A stretch of DNA of 64,000 nt from an uncultured delta proteobacterium (GTDB lineage Bacteria > Desulfobacterota > Binatia > UBA9968): the NCBI GenBank assembly GCA_963728565.1, contig CAVSLC010000010.1, positions 256,001 through 320,000 of the forward strand, in the 5' to 3' direction. This document shows, one piece after another, positions 1-11,019 of the stretch. Both the position numbers and the translations under genes were made by a program. The notes beneath the pieces were generated by a model. That model did not search any database, was not told the DNA's origin, and was given only the letters and a program-made list of their open reading frames with translations. The first letter of the stretch is position 1. Every line of letters starts with the position of its first letter.

Positions 1-508
1 TCGCGGGTTAGATGTATGCACGGTTCTTGTCGTGTTCGATCGGATCACCGTCCGCCAGTGCTTTGGCGCTTTATGTAGCACACCTCGCGCGCAATTGGAC
101 GATATCACGGCAAACAGCCGCGGCGATCCTTATCTATGATCGCGATAGCGGCCAGACAGGTCGAACGTGATCGCGATTGCGGATAAGCGCGAGCGTAACT
201 GGGACCGTCGCGACCCCCGAACCCGCGAATGGGATCGTGACAGGACGCCGGCCGAATTGAAAAGGCAAAAACAAACGGCCCGGCTAGAAGAGTTCGGGCC
301 CTCTATTTATCCCTTGGATTGATAGCAACAGAGTTTTTAGAACTTGGATCTAGAGTAGCTGGAAGTTCGCTGTCAAATACTTGATCCGCGATAGCAGGGA
401 CCAGAACAATATTCATGATATAGAAGCCGTCACAGCCGAGCCTTCTGAACTCAGCACGAAAAACAGCGGCACGTAGTAGATGAAACTGAGGCCGTCCGCT
501 GGATTTGG

Positions 509-1108
509 CTAATTAGATTTTTGCTTGATCCTTCTTATGAGCTCTTCAACCGATGAATTGACCACCACGCGATTAAATTGGGATCGGTAATTATTTACCA
601 GACTGATGTTTTCCGCGACAACATCATATATCCTCCACTTGCCGCCTACTTGGTGGAGTCGGTAATCGACCGAATAGTTCTCCCGGTTTTTGCCGATTAC
701 TCTTGTGTTCACCTCCGCATAGTTCTTGTCGATGGTCTCACCGACATACTCCACCTGCTGCCCCTCGTATAAGTCGATCTTGTCCGCATAGGTCGTCTCC
801 AGAAGGTCCGTGAATGCAGTCACGAATTCTTTTTGCTGTTGAGGGCTAAGTCGCCGCCAGTGAGAACCTAAAGATCGCTTGGCCATCTCCTCGAAATCGA
901 ATCGGGTGTAAACGATCTCGCGCAATTGGTCGATGACTTTAGCTCGATCCTTGCTACTGTCGAGTTTGGCGGATTTCAGGATCTGAACGCCTTTGTCGAC
1001 GGCCGTACGTATCTCCTCGGTGGGGGCTCCAGCCTGAAGTGGCAGAGCTCCATAAAACAGCAGCGCGAGTAAAGAAACAAAAAAGGTGAGTTTAATCCTT
1101 GTAAGCAT
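509..1108 (-). CDS. mlaC: MlaC/Ttg2D-family periplasmic phospholipid-binding protein
   Basis: Signal peptide; FDFEEMAKRSLG..W, WRIYDVVAENISLVNNYRSQF motifs typical of MlaC. Confidence 0.9.
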   Translation of the reverse strand: MLTRIKLTFFVSLLALLFYGALPLQAGAPTEEIRTAVDKGVQILKSAKLDSSKDRAKVIDQLREIVYTRFDFEEMAKRSLGSHWRRLSPQQQKEFVTAFTDLLETTYADKIDLYEGQQVEYVGETIDKNYAEVNTRVIGKNRENYSVDYRLHQVGGKWRIYDVVAENISLVNNYRSQFNRVVVNSSVEELIRRIKQKSN

Positions 1109-1133
1109 GTGTGCTGATCGCCTTCCAGTGTTA

Positions 1134-1301
1134 TTACCGAACGGAAGCCAATATGGAAGCTATATTATATTTGCGCGAAGATTGGGACAGCAGCCGGAAC
1201 ATTGGCGAACTCCGCTGCGCCCTTTTGAAAAAATCCAGAACAGGATCGTCATATGAGAGGCGAACCACCTGCGGCCGTGGTTGGATGCCATTTGCGTTCA
1301 T
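1134..1301 (-). CDS. small hypothetical protein (55 aa, MNANGIQPRP...)
   Basis: ATG at 1301 preceded by AGAGGA SD-like sequence; co-directional with mlaC. Confidence 0.4.
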   Translation of the reverse strand: MNANGIQPRPQVVRLSYDDPVLDFFKRAQRSSPMFRLLSQSSRKYNIASILASVR

Positions 1302-1334
1302 GTCTTCCTCTGCTAATAAAACTAGCATCAAATT

Positions 1335-1541
1335 TCACCAATGAATACACGGCAGGGTCGAGGTCAGCGTGCGAAAAAAGAGAGCTCGTTCCAACGGGAG
1401 TCGATTGACTCTGTAGATAAGAGAGACGGATAGGACGGCCGGAGAGCTTGGATAGCGACGAATGGATTTTTGAACGAGTTCTTTAGTTTCGGCTTCGATC
1501 TCTGAGGAAAATGGTGTTGCAGCAAAGAACCAATAAAACAT
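1335..1541 (-). CDS. possible small hypothetical protein (68 aa, MFYWFFAATP...)
   Basis: Open frame tiling between neighbouring minus-strand ORFs; poor SD spacing. Confidence 0.25.
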   Translation of the reverse strand: MFYWFFAATPFSSEIEAETKELVQKSIRRYPSSPAVLSVSLIYRVNRLPLERALFFRTLTSTLPCIHW

Positions 1542-1572
1542 TCCTAATCGGACTAGTCGGCGCCGCTGAAAG

Positions 1573-1800
1573 CTAATCCAGCTTGAAAAAACGGATGGTG
1601 GGAGGCCTCGCACGTTTCATGTCCAGGTCTCTCTGTCCGGCGATCTCCACACTCGCCGCCGCGAAATTGCCATCGGTTAGTATTTTAACCAGGCGGGTGA
1701 CACGTTCGAGTTCCAAACCCGGATTCGATTCGACTAAGATCAGCCGCTTCGCCTTTTGGCTGTGAGATCGCGTTTCGTAATAAGTGACTATGTAAATCAT
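1573..1800 (-). CDS. small hypothetical protein (75 aa)
   Basis: ATG start, protein-like beta/alpha pattern (MIYIVTYYET...RLILVES), same strand as neighbours. Confidence 0.45.
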   Translation of the reverse strand: MIYIVTYYETRSHSQKAKRLILVESNPGLELERVTRLVKILTDGNFAAASVEIAGQRDLDMKRARPPTIRFFKLD

Positions 1801-1857
1801 TTAGCTGAGCGGCCCGATCTTCGAACTATTGAACAGATTTTAGGTTCAGAAATGTCG

Positions 1858-1938
1858 TCACACCGCAGATTTCGCCGGCACCTGAAGAAAGATCGAGCCC
1901 TGCCTTGAAGAATGCCTTCTAGGTTTCATCCAATCCAT
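1858..1938 (-). CDS. putative 26-aa peptide (MDWMKPRRHSSRQGSIFLQVPAKSAV)
   Basis: Strong SD AAGGAG 8 nt upstream of ATG; first ORF after sigma54-type promoter. Confidence 0.35.
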   Translation of the reverse strand: MDWMKPRRHSSRQGSIFLQVPAKSAV

Positions 1939-2004
1939 CCGGAGTTCTCCTTCTCAGCAGTTATAGCTCAATGAAACGCTTGCGTGCGGTGATGAAAGCT
2001 CGCG

Positions 2005-2020
2005 TGCAAAAAATTAGCCA
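2005..2020 (-). promoter_or_regulatory. sigma54-type -24/-12 promoter
   Basis: Minus strand TGGCTAATTTTTTGCA = GG-N10-GC with TTGCA. Confidence 0.6.
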
Positions 2021-2367
2021 TCGCTGATCAGATCTGCCGACTATTGGCTAAAGAGATTGAAAATATTGCATTGCGACGCATTGGTATATTGATTGTCGGA
2101 TCAGAAAACGGGAATATTGCAGGTTTGGCAGCTATCGTAAGAGCCCAATTCTGTACGGCTGTAGGAACAGGCTGCTCTGGTTGCTAGGAAATCACTACAG
2201 GTAAGCTGAAGCAGTAAATCTATGCGCTCCCTAGCTTCCCGCTCAGAAGAGGCGCCTTGTTTAGCGCCTGTTTAGAAAATAAACCAACGCGGCTGAATCA
2301 ACACGCAGATGGTCTGGATAAAGCCGTTTGCTGCACGGCAGAACTTTTTTCTGTTATAAGAATGCCC

Positions 2368-3090
2368 ATGAGTACGGTTCAAGCGACTCTATGGCTTTAC
2401 GCGACGGCCTTGCGCCGCTCCTGGGAAAGTCTGCTCAAGAACTGGGTTGTGAGTTTTGCCCCGTGGGTTTACGCCGCCTTGCTGTCGATTGTAGCGTTAC
2501 TGGTTGCGCCGTTAGCCATCATCGGCGGTTTGATTCTGGGGTTGGCGACTCAGGCGTGTATTAGCTCGGGGCTATATTTGATCAAGAACATCGTCGAGAG
2601 CCGTCGCACCGATCTCAAGGACTTCGCCAATGGCTTTACGGTTTATCTGTGGGAATTACTTGGAATCGCCTTTATATTATGGATTCCAATGCGAGTTTTG
2701 GCGATGGCTCTCGCACCGACGCCGAATGGCGGCTTGATCTTCGCCTTGATTCAATTTGCCCTCTATATTTTATTGAACCCGGCTCCTGAGCTTATTTATC
2801 AGACCCGCTCTTCCGGACTCGGGCTCATTAGCGATAGTTATAATTTCATCGTAGAGAATTGGCTAGAATGGCTTTTGCCGAACATCGTTCTGACCATAGC
2901 CGGATACTTGATCCTTAACATCTTGAGCGCTATCACGACGGAACTACCCCACGTGGTGCAAATTTTTATCATCGCAGTTGGCATGGGTCTATGCCTCAGT
3001 TATTTCATGATCTTTCGAGGGTTTTTATTTGCCGAACTTCACGGCAGCACGCGCCGTAGTCGTGCTTATCGGTACAAGGCGCAGGGATAA
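2368..3090 (+). CDS. hypothetical polytopic membrane protein
   Basis: About 6 hydrophobic segments; ATG 2368 lies 7 nt after TGtTATAAG. Confidence 0.8.
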   Translation: MSTVQATLWLYATALRRSWESLLKNWVVSFAPWVYAALLSIVALLVAPLAIIGGLILGLATQACISSGLYLIKNIVESRRTDLKDFANGFTVYLWELLGIAFILWIPMRVLAMALAPTPNGGLIFALIQFALYILLNPAPELIYQTRSSGLGLISDSYNFIVENWLEWLLPNIVLTIAGYLILNILSAITTELPHVVQIFIIAVGMGLCLSYFMIFRGFLFAELHGSTRRSRAYRYKAQG

Positions 3091-3315
3091 CGCAGGCTGG
3101 GATTGCAACAGGTCGGGTCTCACGGTTAGTCTTTGCTTGTCCTGGATAATTTTTTTTGGTAACCGCGTTTTGGCATCCATCCACATTGCTCTTACATTGC
3201 TGAAACCGGCATAGTGCATCGTCTGCAGCTCTGCGCGCCAGGTTTGCGAGCCGTGGACTCGGAATCTTTTTTATGCGATCAGGTGCTCGGTATCGAAAAG
3301 GATTAAGCAATCTCA

Positions 3316-4582
3316 ATGAAAGTCACGGCAATAAAAGGATTTTCGGATATTCTGCCAGGTGAAGTTGAAATCTGGCAGCTGGTGGAAAACGACGCTCGCA
3401 AAATTTTTGCGGCGTATAACTTTGCCGAAATCCGAATTCCGATTGTGGAAAAAACCGAACTGTTTAGTCGGTCACTCGGCGAAACAACTGATATCGTGGA
3501 AAAAGAGATGTATACGTTCGCCGATCAAGACGCAAAAAGTTCGCTTTTGACATTACGCCCGGAGGGCACAGCAGGCGTGGTGCGAGCCTATGTGGAATCG
3601 GAGTTGTTCAAGACTGAGCCGGTGCAGAAACTGTATTATCTCGGACCGATGTTTCGCCGCGAGCGACCGCAAAAAGGTCGAATGCGTCAATTCCATCAGA
3701 TCGGCGCGGAAGTATTGGGTCGAGGCGATCCTCTTATTGATGCCGAAGTACTATTGCTTTTGAACGACTTCTTCTCCGCCACAGGCATTGAAAGCGCCGC
3801 GTTACAGCTCAATTCGCTGGGCTGCTCCGATTGCCGTCCGAAATACCGACAGCTGTTGTTGGCATTTCTGAGGGAGCGTGAGCAAGCGCTCTGCGCCAAC
3901 TGCCGGCGCCGGATGGAGCGCAATCCGCTTCGGGTATTGGACTGCAAGGAGCCTGGCTGTATTGAGCAGACCAAGAATGCTCCGTCAATTCTTGAATCGT
4001 TGTGCGATCCCTGCCGTCAACATTTCGAGATCGTTCAGCGGCTGCTGCGGCAGTCTGGCGTGCGATTATGATTTGAACCCCCGCATGGTGCGCGGCCTGG
4101 ATTATTATTGCCGGACTACTTTCGAGTGGACAAGCAATCAATTGGGCTCGCAGAGCGCCATTGCAGCCGGAGGCCGCTACGATGGTTTGGTCCAGGAACT
4201 CGGCGGTCCGGCGATTCCGGGGGTTGGCTTTGCAATGGGGATCGAGCGCTTGACCATGTTACTGCATTCGAAGAGAAGTTCGGCTGCCGTCGGCCCGGCA
4301 GTTTACACAGTCTGGGTAGGCGAGAATGCTCGCGATTGGGCTTTTCCTGTGGTGCATCGCCTGCGCCAGAAGGGATTATCCATCGAAATTGAGGGCGAGG
4401 TTAGAAGCCTCAAGAGCCAAATGAGACGGGCCGATAAGCTCAACGCGTCGGCGGTTCTCATCGTCGGCGACAATGAGCTTGATAGAGGAGTAGCTTTGCT
4501 CCGCGATATGGCCAGCAGGGAGCAAAGTGAGATAAGTTTGAATGATGTTGAGGGAGCGTTGCTGTCGAGGAAGGCTAGCTAA
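3316..4582 (+). CDS. hisS: histidine--tRNA ligase (split by +1 frameshift near 4060)
   Basis: LRPEGTAG, FRRERPQKGR.RQFHQ, RGLDYY, GGRYDGL, GFAMGIERL, anticodon domain across ORFs 3316..4071 and 3878..4582. Confidence 0.95.
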
Positions 4583-6385
<1,803 letters not shown>

Positions 6386-6435
6386 CGCCGATCCAAGTGA
6401 TTGTTCAATATTGACATCGAAGGTAACGAATCAAC

Positions 6436-7065
6436 ATGCTCAAGATTATTGCAATTGCTCTTACACTTCTCTCCGGCTGCAGTTTCGGATCTGGAAACCT
6501 GCAAAGTAAGCGCTCCCTCGATTTAGAATCGCGTCGGATCAGGCGTATCGCTGTGCTTCCACCTGAAACGTCCGGTGCGGCGGAACAGGCGCAATCGCAA
6601 CATAACAATCCTCCTGAAATGCTCGCCAAACAGCTCTACTCGGCAATGGCCTCCTTGCCCAACTGGCAGATTGTCGCTGAAAGCGAGGTTAAGCAGGTCG
6701 AGCAAATGAAGCCGTCAACCACGGATGCGGCGCGTCTGCGACAAATCGGCGAGATGGTTTTTGCCGATGCCGTTATGGTCGGAAGGGTACAACGGTTTCG
6801 GGAGCGCGTCGGCGATGATTGGGGAGTCAAGAGCCCCGCGTCGGTAGCCTTCGTCCTGGATCTTATCGACGTTCGGCGCGGCGACGTGATCTGGTCGGCG
6901 CGATTCGATGAAACCCAGAAGCCTCTAAGCGAAAACATCTTTGGCTTGGGTGATATCAGCCAGCGCGGTGTTCGATGGTTGAGCGCAGAACAGCTTATGA
7001 TGGATGGCGTAAAAAAAGCGGTGGGGCAATTACATCAGATTCTGGCGCGTTCGGCTTCCTCGTGA
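6436..7065 (+). CDS. hypothetical lipoprotein (LpoB/CsgG/DUF799-like alpha-beta fold)
   Basis: Lipobox LSGC; IAVLP...ADAVMVGRV...LIDVRRGDVIWS pattern. Confidence 0.75.
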   Translation: MLKIIAIALTLLSGCSFGSGNLQSKRSLDLESRRIRRIAVLPPETSGAAEQAQSQHNNPPEMLAKQLYSAMASLPNWQIVAESEVKQVEQMKPSTTDAARLRQIGEMVFADAVMVGRVQRFRERVGDDWGVKSPASVAFVLDLIDVRRGDVIWSARFDETQKPLSENIFGLGDISQRGVRWLSAEQLMMDGVKKAVGQLHQILARSASS

Positions 7066-7679
7066 GATTTCACTGCCCCGGTTTTCTCGAGTTCTAATCG
7101 TGCATCGATCTGCAAAGGCTTCTCCAATCGCTCGCCGATTTGCCTCCCGAGTTCTCTCAATCTTGCGCGGCTGCCACGGTCCAACAGTACGCTGTCACCG
7201 TTAACCAGGAACAAGCGCAGCGACGGAACGGGAAATTGTTGCGCCGCTGAGGACCCAGCTACGGCGAAGCCGTTGTACACCTGGTCGACGCCGAGATTGA
7301 TTCGTTCAATTTCCGAATAGCTGGCCGACAGCAATGATCGATTGAACAGGCTCTGGTTCGTCAGAACGATCTTCTGTCCGTCATGATCGAACAAGATGGT
7401 TCTCTTCAATGTCAGCAAGTAGCAAGCGATGCCGAAAAGGATCATGTTCATGACCGGGAAATACCACAGCGACGCTGCCGGACCGACGAAGCCGCGCAGG
7501 CGAATGGCCCCAACGATCGGCACGGAAATGAACAGCAAGAGAATGGCAATACTCAAACAGAGATAAGCGGGAAATCTTGGGCCGCGCCAGATTAGTCGCA
7601 AACGTTGACTATTGTTTTCAGCGATGTTGAAACCTAGACGGTTCCCGATGGCGTCGAAACTCGCAGGGTTACCTTGCAT
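7035..7679 (-). CDS. hypothetical membrane protein (2 TM + PH-like soluble domain)
   Basis: Two hydrophobic helices then beta-rich region; follows cofH on the same strand. Confidence 0.7.
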   Translation of the reverse strand: MQGNPASFDAIGNRLGFNIAENNSQRLRLIWRGPRFPAYLCLSIAILLLFISVPIVGAIRLRGFVGPAASLWYFPVMNMILFGIACYLLTLKRTILFDHDGQKIVLTNQSLFNRSLLSASYSEIERINLGVDQVYNGFAVAGSSAAQQFPVPSLRLFLVNGDSVLLDRGSRARLRELGRQIGERLEKPLQIDARLELEKTGAVKSHEEAERARI

Positions 7680-7723
7680 ACCAGCGGGGGCTTTTAGAAA
7701 GTGTTGGATGGGCGATGAAATGT

Positions 7724-9016
7724 TTAATGCTTGTTTTTTTGTTCGCTATAGAACTCTCTGAAGCGAAAGTTTTTTAAAGCAATCAGGTTTCGATAAGAGC
7801 CGAAACGTTCTGACGGGTCGTTCACTTGATCGAGCAGATCGACAGAACCCTTCTCCGTCTCAAATACCCGGATGTCCGTATAAGTGGTCGACCGTTCAGC
7901 GGGTATGCGCCCCATTTGGCGGATCAAACCCCGGAACTGTGAGGGCTTCATCAGTTGCCCGTAGCTCGCGCCGGCGGCGGTCGAAATGCTTTCATTGATC
8001 AGCGTGCCGCCGAAATCATTAGCGCCTGCCAGCAAAGCAATCTGCGATAGCTTCGGGCCTTCTTTGACCCAAGAGACTTGTAAGTTGGGTATCCACTTAT
8101 TCAGCATCAATCGAGATACCGCGTACATTTTCATGACTTCGGAGCCGGTGGCGCCAGTACGAAGGCCGGCGATCTTGTTCCGGCGAGAGATCGGCGCCTC
8201 CTCATAAACAAAGCTCAGCGGCACAAATTCGGTAATCCCGCCGGTTTGTTTTTGGATATCGCGGAGGATGACGAGGTGCGCGGCCTTATGCTGGGCTGTT
8301 TCCAAATGCCCATACATGATCGTCGAGGTGGTTGGGATTCCCAGTTCGTGAGCGGCCTGAATCAGCTCAATCCATTGCGCAGTCGTGATTCGCCCGGGAG
8401 ATAGTTGCTGGCGAACTTCGTCAACTAAAATTTCCGCGGAGGTGCCGGGCAGGCTTCCCACTCCCGCATCTTTCAGGGCTTTCAAATAGTCGCGAATGGA
8501 GAGACCCGAAAGAGTCGATCCGTACAACACCTCTTCCGGAGAAAACCCGTGAATATGGATATCGGGCAAAGCCTCTTTTAGCGCGCGACACAGCTTTATG
8601 TAGTGCCAGCCATCGATTCCGGGCGCTAAACCAGCCTGCACACAGATCTCCGTAGCGCCCAACTCTCGCGCTTCCTGGCCGCGTCGAATGATTTCTTCAA
8701 CCGGCAGGAAATAGCCCTCTTCGGCTAAATGACCGCGGCTAAAGGCGCAGAAACCGCATGCTTTGACGCACACGTTAGTGAAGTTGATATTGCGATTAAC
8801 CACATAGGTGACGACATCGCCGACTGTTTCAGCGCGCAGATGATTGGCTGCCAAGATCATAGCCGGGAGGTCGGCGCCGTCCGCCTCAAACAGCCGAGTT
8901 GCTTCTTCGGCAGAAATGTCCGCGCCGGAGAGCGCGCGATCGAGTATGTCTCCAATGACCGGGTTGACCATCGACATGACCCGATCAAGAGACTCCTGTA
9001 GGTGTGGAAAATTCAT
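7724..9016 (-). CDS. cofH: radical SAM FO synthase subunit 2 (CofH family)
   Basis: YVVNRNINFTNVCVKACGFCAF (CxxxCxxC), SLPGTSAEIL, QVSWVKEG, GANDFGGTLINESIS; closer to CofH than MqnC/MqnE. Confidence 0.85.
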   Translation of the reverse strand: MNFPHLQESLDRVMSMVNPVIGDILDRALSGADISAEEATRLFEADGADLPAMILAANHLRAETVGDVVTYVVNRNINFTNVCVKACGFCAFSRGHLAEEGYFLPVEEIIRRGQEARELGATEICVQAGLAPGIDGWHYIKLCRALKEALPDIHIHGFSPEEVLYGSTLSGLSIRDYLKALKDAGVGSLPGTSAEILVDEVRQQLSPGRITTAQWIELIQAAHELGIPTTSTIMYGHLETAQHKAAHLVILRDIQKQTGGITEFVPLSFVYEEAPISRRNKIAGLRTGATGSEVMKMYAVSRLMLNKWIPNLQVSWVKEGPKLSQIALLAGANDFGGTLINESISTAAGASYGQLMKPSQFRGLIRQMGRIPAERSTTYTDIRVFETEKGSVDLLDQVNDPSERFGSYRNLIALKNFRFREFYSEQKNKH

Positions 9017-9072
9017 GGCGCGACTCTATCCTTTCACTTTTTCAAAGACAATCAATCGAGTTCCACCCGCAG

Positions 9073-9606
9073 CTATTTGCCAAGCCAGTAGCGGGCAAAT
9101 TCGGTGATAAAACTGAGGGTCGATAAGTCCGCCATGCGGTCGAGGTAAACTTTACCATTCAGGTGATCCCACTCATGCTGAACCACGCGGGCATGAAACC
9201 CGCTGGCGACAAAATCCAAGGGCGCGCCGTTTAGGTCCAAGGCTTGGACTCTGATGGATTTGTAGCGCGGCACTTTACCTCGCATATCAGGAATGCTGAG
9301 GCACCCTTCCCAATCGTCTTCAAACTCTTCCGTAAGCGGTGTGATGATGGGATTGATCAGCACGGTCAACGGCACCAGAGGTTTTCCGGGATAACGCGGG
9401 TTGTCGGCGACTTCAAGGACGGCGATCTGTTTCGAGACATGAACCTGATCGGCGGCTAGACCGACGCCGTCGTATTCCTTCATGGTTTCGATCATATCAC
9501 TGACAAACTGACGAGTGGCATCGGACCGGAGTTCTTTTTCCGAAATCGGTTCGGCTACTTTACGTAAGATCGGATGGCCGAGGCGCGCAACTTTAAGGAT
9601 CGACAT
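9073..9606 (-). CDS. def: peptide deformylase
   Basis: GVGLAA.Q, EGCLS, HEWDH motifs; likely start MSILKVARLG at 9606. Confidence 0.96.
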   Translation of the reverse strand: MSILKVARLGHPILRKVAEPISEKELRSDATRQFVSDMIETMKEYDGVGLAADQVHVSKQIAVLEVADNPRYPGKPLVPLTVLINPIITPLTEEFEDDWEGCLSIPDMRGKVPRYKSIRVQALDLNGAPLDFVASGFHARVVQHEWDHLNGKVYLDRMADLSTLSFITEFARYWLGK

Positions 9607-9688
9607 AAATTCTAACGAGATCTCATAGCATAGAGGTGCGGTGCGCGGAAGCGTGTCAATCACCGAACAAATCAACGAGTGCGCTATC

Positions 9689-9718
9689 TTGACATAAAAG
9701 ACCTAAGGAGTCTATATT
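9689..9718 (+). promoter_or_regulatory. sigma70 promoter with overlapping putative Rrf2 operator
   Basis: TTGACA-18-TATATT; inverted repeat AGAC-N7-GTCT (9699-9713) between the hexamers. Confidence 0.65.
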
Positions 9719-9728
9719 CAGATAGCAC

Positions 9729-10220
9729 ATGAAGAAACCCAGGGCGAGAAGCGAACGCAGTTCGTTGATGAACGTCGGACGACGCGTGGATTACGCGGTT
9801 CGCGCCCTCGCCTATCTGGCGGGGCAGCCTTCCGGCAAGATCGTCAGCCGGGCAGATATCGAAAAGAGCCAGGATATTCCGTCTTTTTATCTTTCAAAGA
9901 TCATGAAGGATCTCGTCGCTGGGGGACTGGTCTCTTCGCACATCGGATCCAAGGGCGGCTTCACGCTGGCGAAAGCGCCGAACACAATCAGCATCAAAAA
10001 TGTCTACGAAGTTGTTGAGCGACCCTTAGTCCTGATGGAATGCTTGGAAAAGGGCGCCGACTACTGCTCGTATTGTTCGGTGTGCTCGCAAAAATCGATT
10101 TGGGAAGAAGCCCAGGCGATACTGGCTAAGTTTCTTGGCGGAGTTTCGATTCGCGAGATCGCCGACAGGCACGGCCTCAAGGAGCGCTTGGAAAAAGCAG
10201 CCATCCAGAGAGTTGGCTAA
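9729..10220 (+). CDS. Rrf2-family (IscR/SufR-like) transcriptional regulator
   Basis: DYAVRAL, YLSKIM..L...GLV.S..G.KGGF.LA wHTH; Cys cluster C-x7-C-x2-C-x2-C; alternative start 9768. Confidence 0.92.
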   Translation: MKKPRARSERSSLMNVGRRVDYAVRALAYLAGQPSGKIVSRADIEKSQDIPSFYLSKIMKDLVAGGLVSSHIGSKGGFTLAKAPNTISIKNVYEVVERPLVLMECLEKGADYCSYCSVCSQKSIWEEAQAILAKFLGGVSIREIADRHGLKERLEKAAIQRVG

Positions 10221-10240
10221 TTTGGCTTGGAAGGAATTCA

Positions 10241-10999
10241 ATGTTGGAGATTAAGAATCTCAGGGCCACGGTTGGCGAGCAGGAGATTCTCCGCGGAATC
10301 AATCTGAGCGTCGGCGCCGGGGAAGTGCACGGAATTATGGGACCGAATGGCTCAGGCAAGAGCACGCTGGCTCACGTGCTGTCGGGGCGCGAAAACTATC
10401 GAGTCACGGATGGTGAGATTCTTTACAACGGCAAAAATCTCTTGGAGATGAGTCCGGAGGAGAGAGCGCGCGAGGGAATTTTTCTGGCCTTTCAGTATCC
10501 CGTAGAGATTCCTGGAGTCAGCACCACTTATTTTCTTAAAGCTGCTTTGAATGCCGTACGCAAGCATCAAGGGCTAGATGAATTGGATGCAATGGAGTTT
10601 CTTTCGTTAATCAAAGAAAAAATGAAATTGGTCGAGATGGATCAAGCTCTGCTTAATCGGCCTCTGAATGAGGGATTCTCCGGCGGCGAGAAAAAACGCA
10701 ACGAGATTCTGCAAATGGCCGTACTGGACCCAAAGCTGGCGATTCTCGATGAAACCGATTCCGGACTCGACATCGACGCGCTGCGGATCGTCGCCGGCGG
10801 GGTCAATGCGTTACGAAAAAAAGACCGTGCGATGATCGTGATCACGCATTATCAACGTTTGTTGAACTATATCGTGCCAGATTATATTCACGTTCTCTAT
10901 GACGGGAGAATCGTCAAATCCGGCACGAAGGAACTAGCGCTTGAGCTTGAAGTTAAAGGCTACGACTGGATCAAGGCCGAAGCGGCGGCTGCGCATTAG
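10241..10999 (+). CDS. sufC: Fe-S cluster assembly ATPase SufC
   Basis: [49 protein letters not shown]. Confidence 0.98.
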   Translation: MLEIKNLRATVGEQEILRGINLSVGAGEVHGIMGPNGSGKSTLAHVLSGRENYRVTDGEILYNGKNLLEMSPEERAREGIFLAFQYPVEIPGVSTTYFLKAALNAVRKHQGLDELDAMEFLSLIKEKMKLVEMDQALLNRPLNEGFSGGEKKRNEILQMAVLDPKLAILDETDSGLDIDALRIVAGGVNALRKKDRAMIVITHYQRLLNYIVPDYIHVLYDGRIVKSGTKELALELEVKGYDWIKAEAAAAH

Positions 11000-11019
11000 A
11001 CGGTTCGAGAAGTCAAGCA

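Noticed and set aside
3316-4582. Split hisS (and bamA, lpxD, lpxB, yicC) as pseudogenes or programmed frameshifts
   Set aside because: Several are essential genes, both halves are intact and there is no common slippery site; best explained as assembly indels.
7724-9016. MqnC/MqnE (futalosine pathway) assignment
   Set aside because: PGTSAEIL, SWVK and GGTL.NESIS fit CofH better than the PGGGAE-type Mqn enzymes; not fully excluded without a tree.
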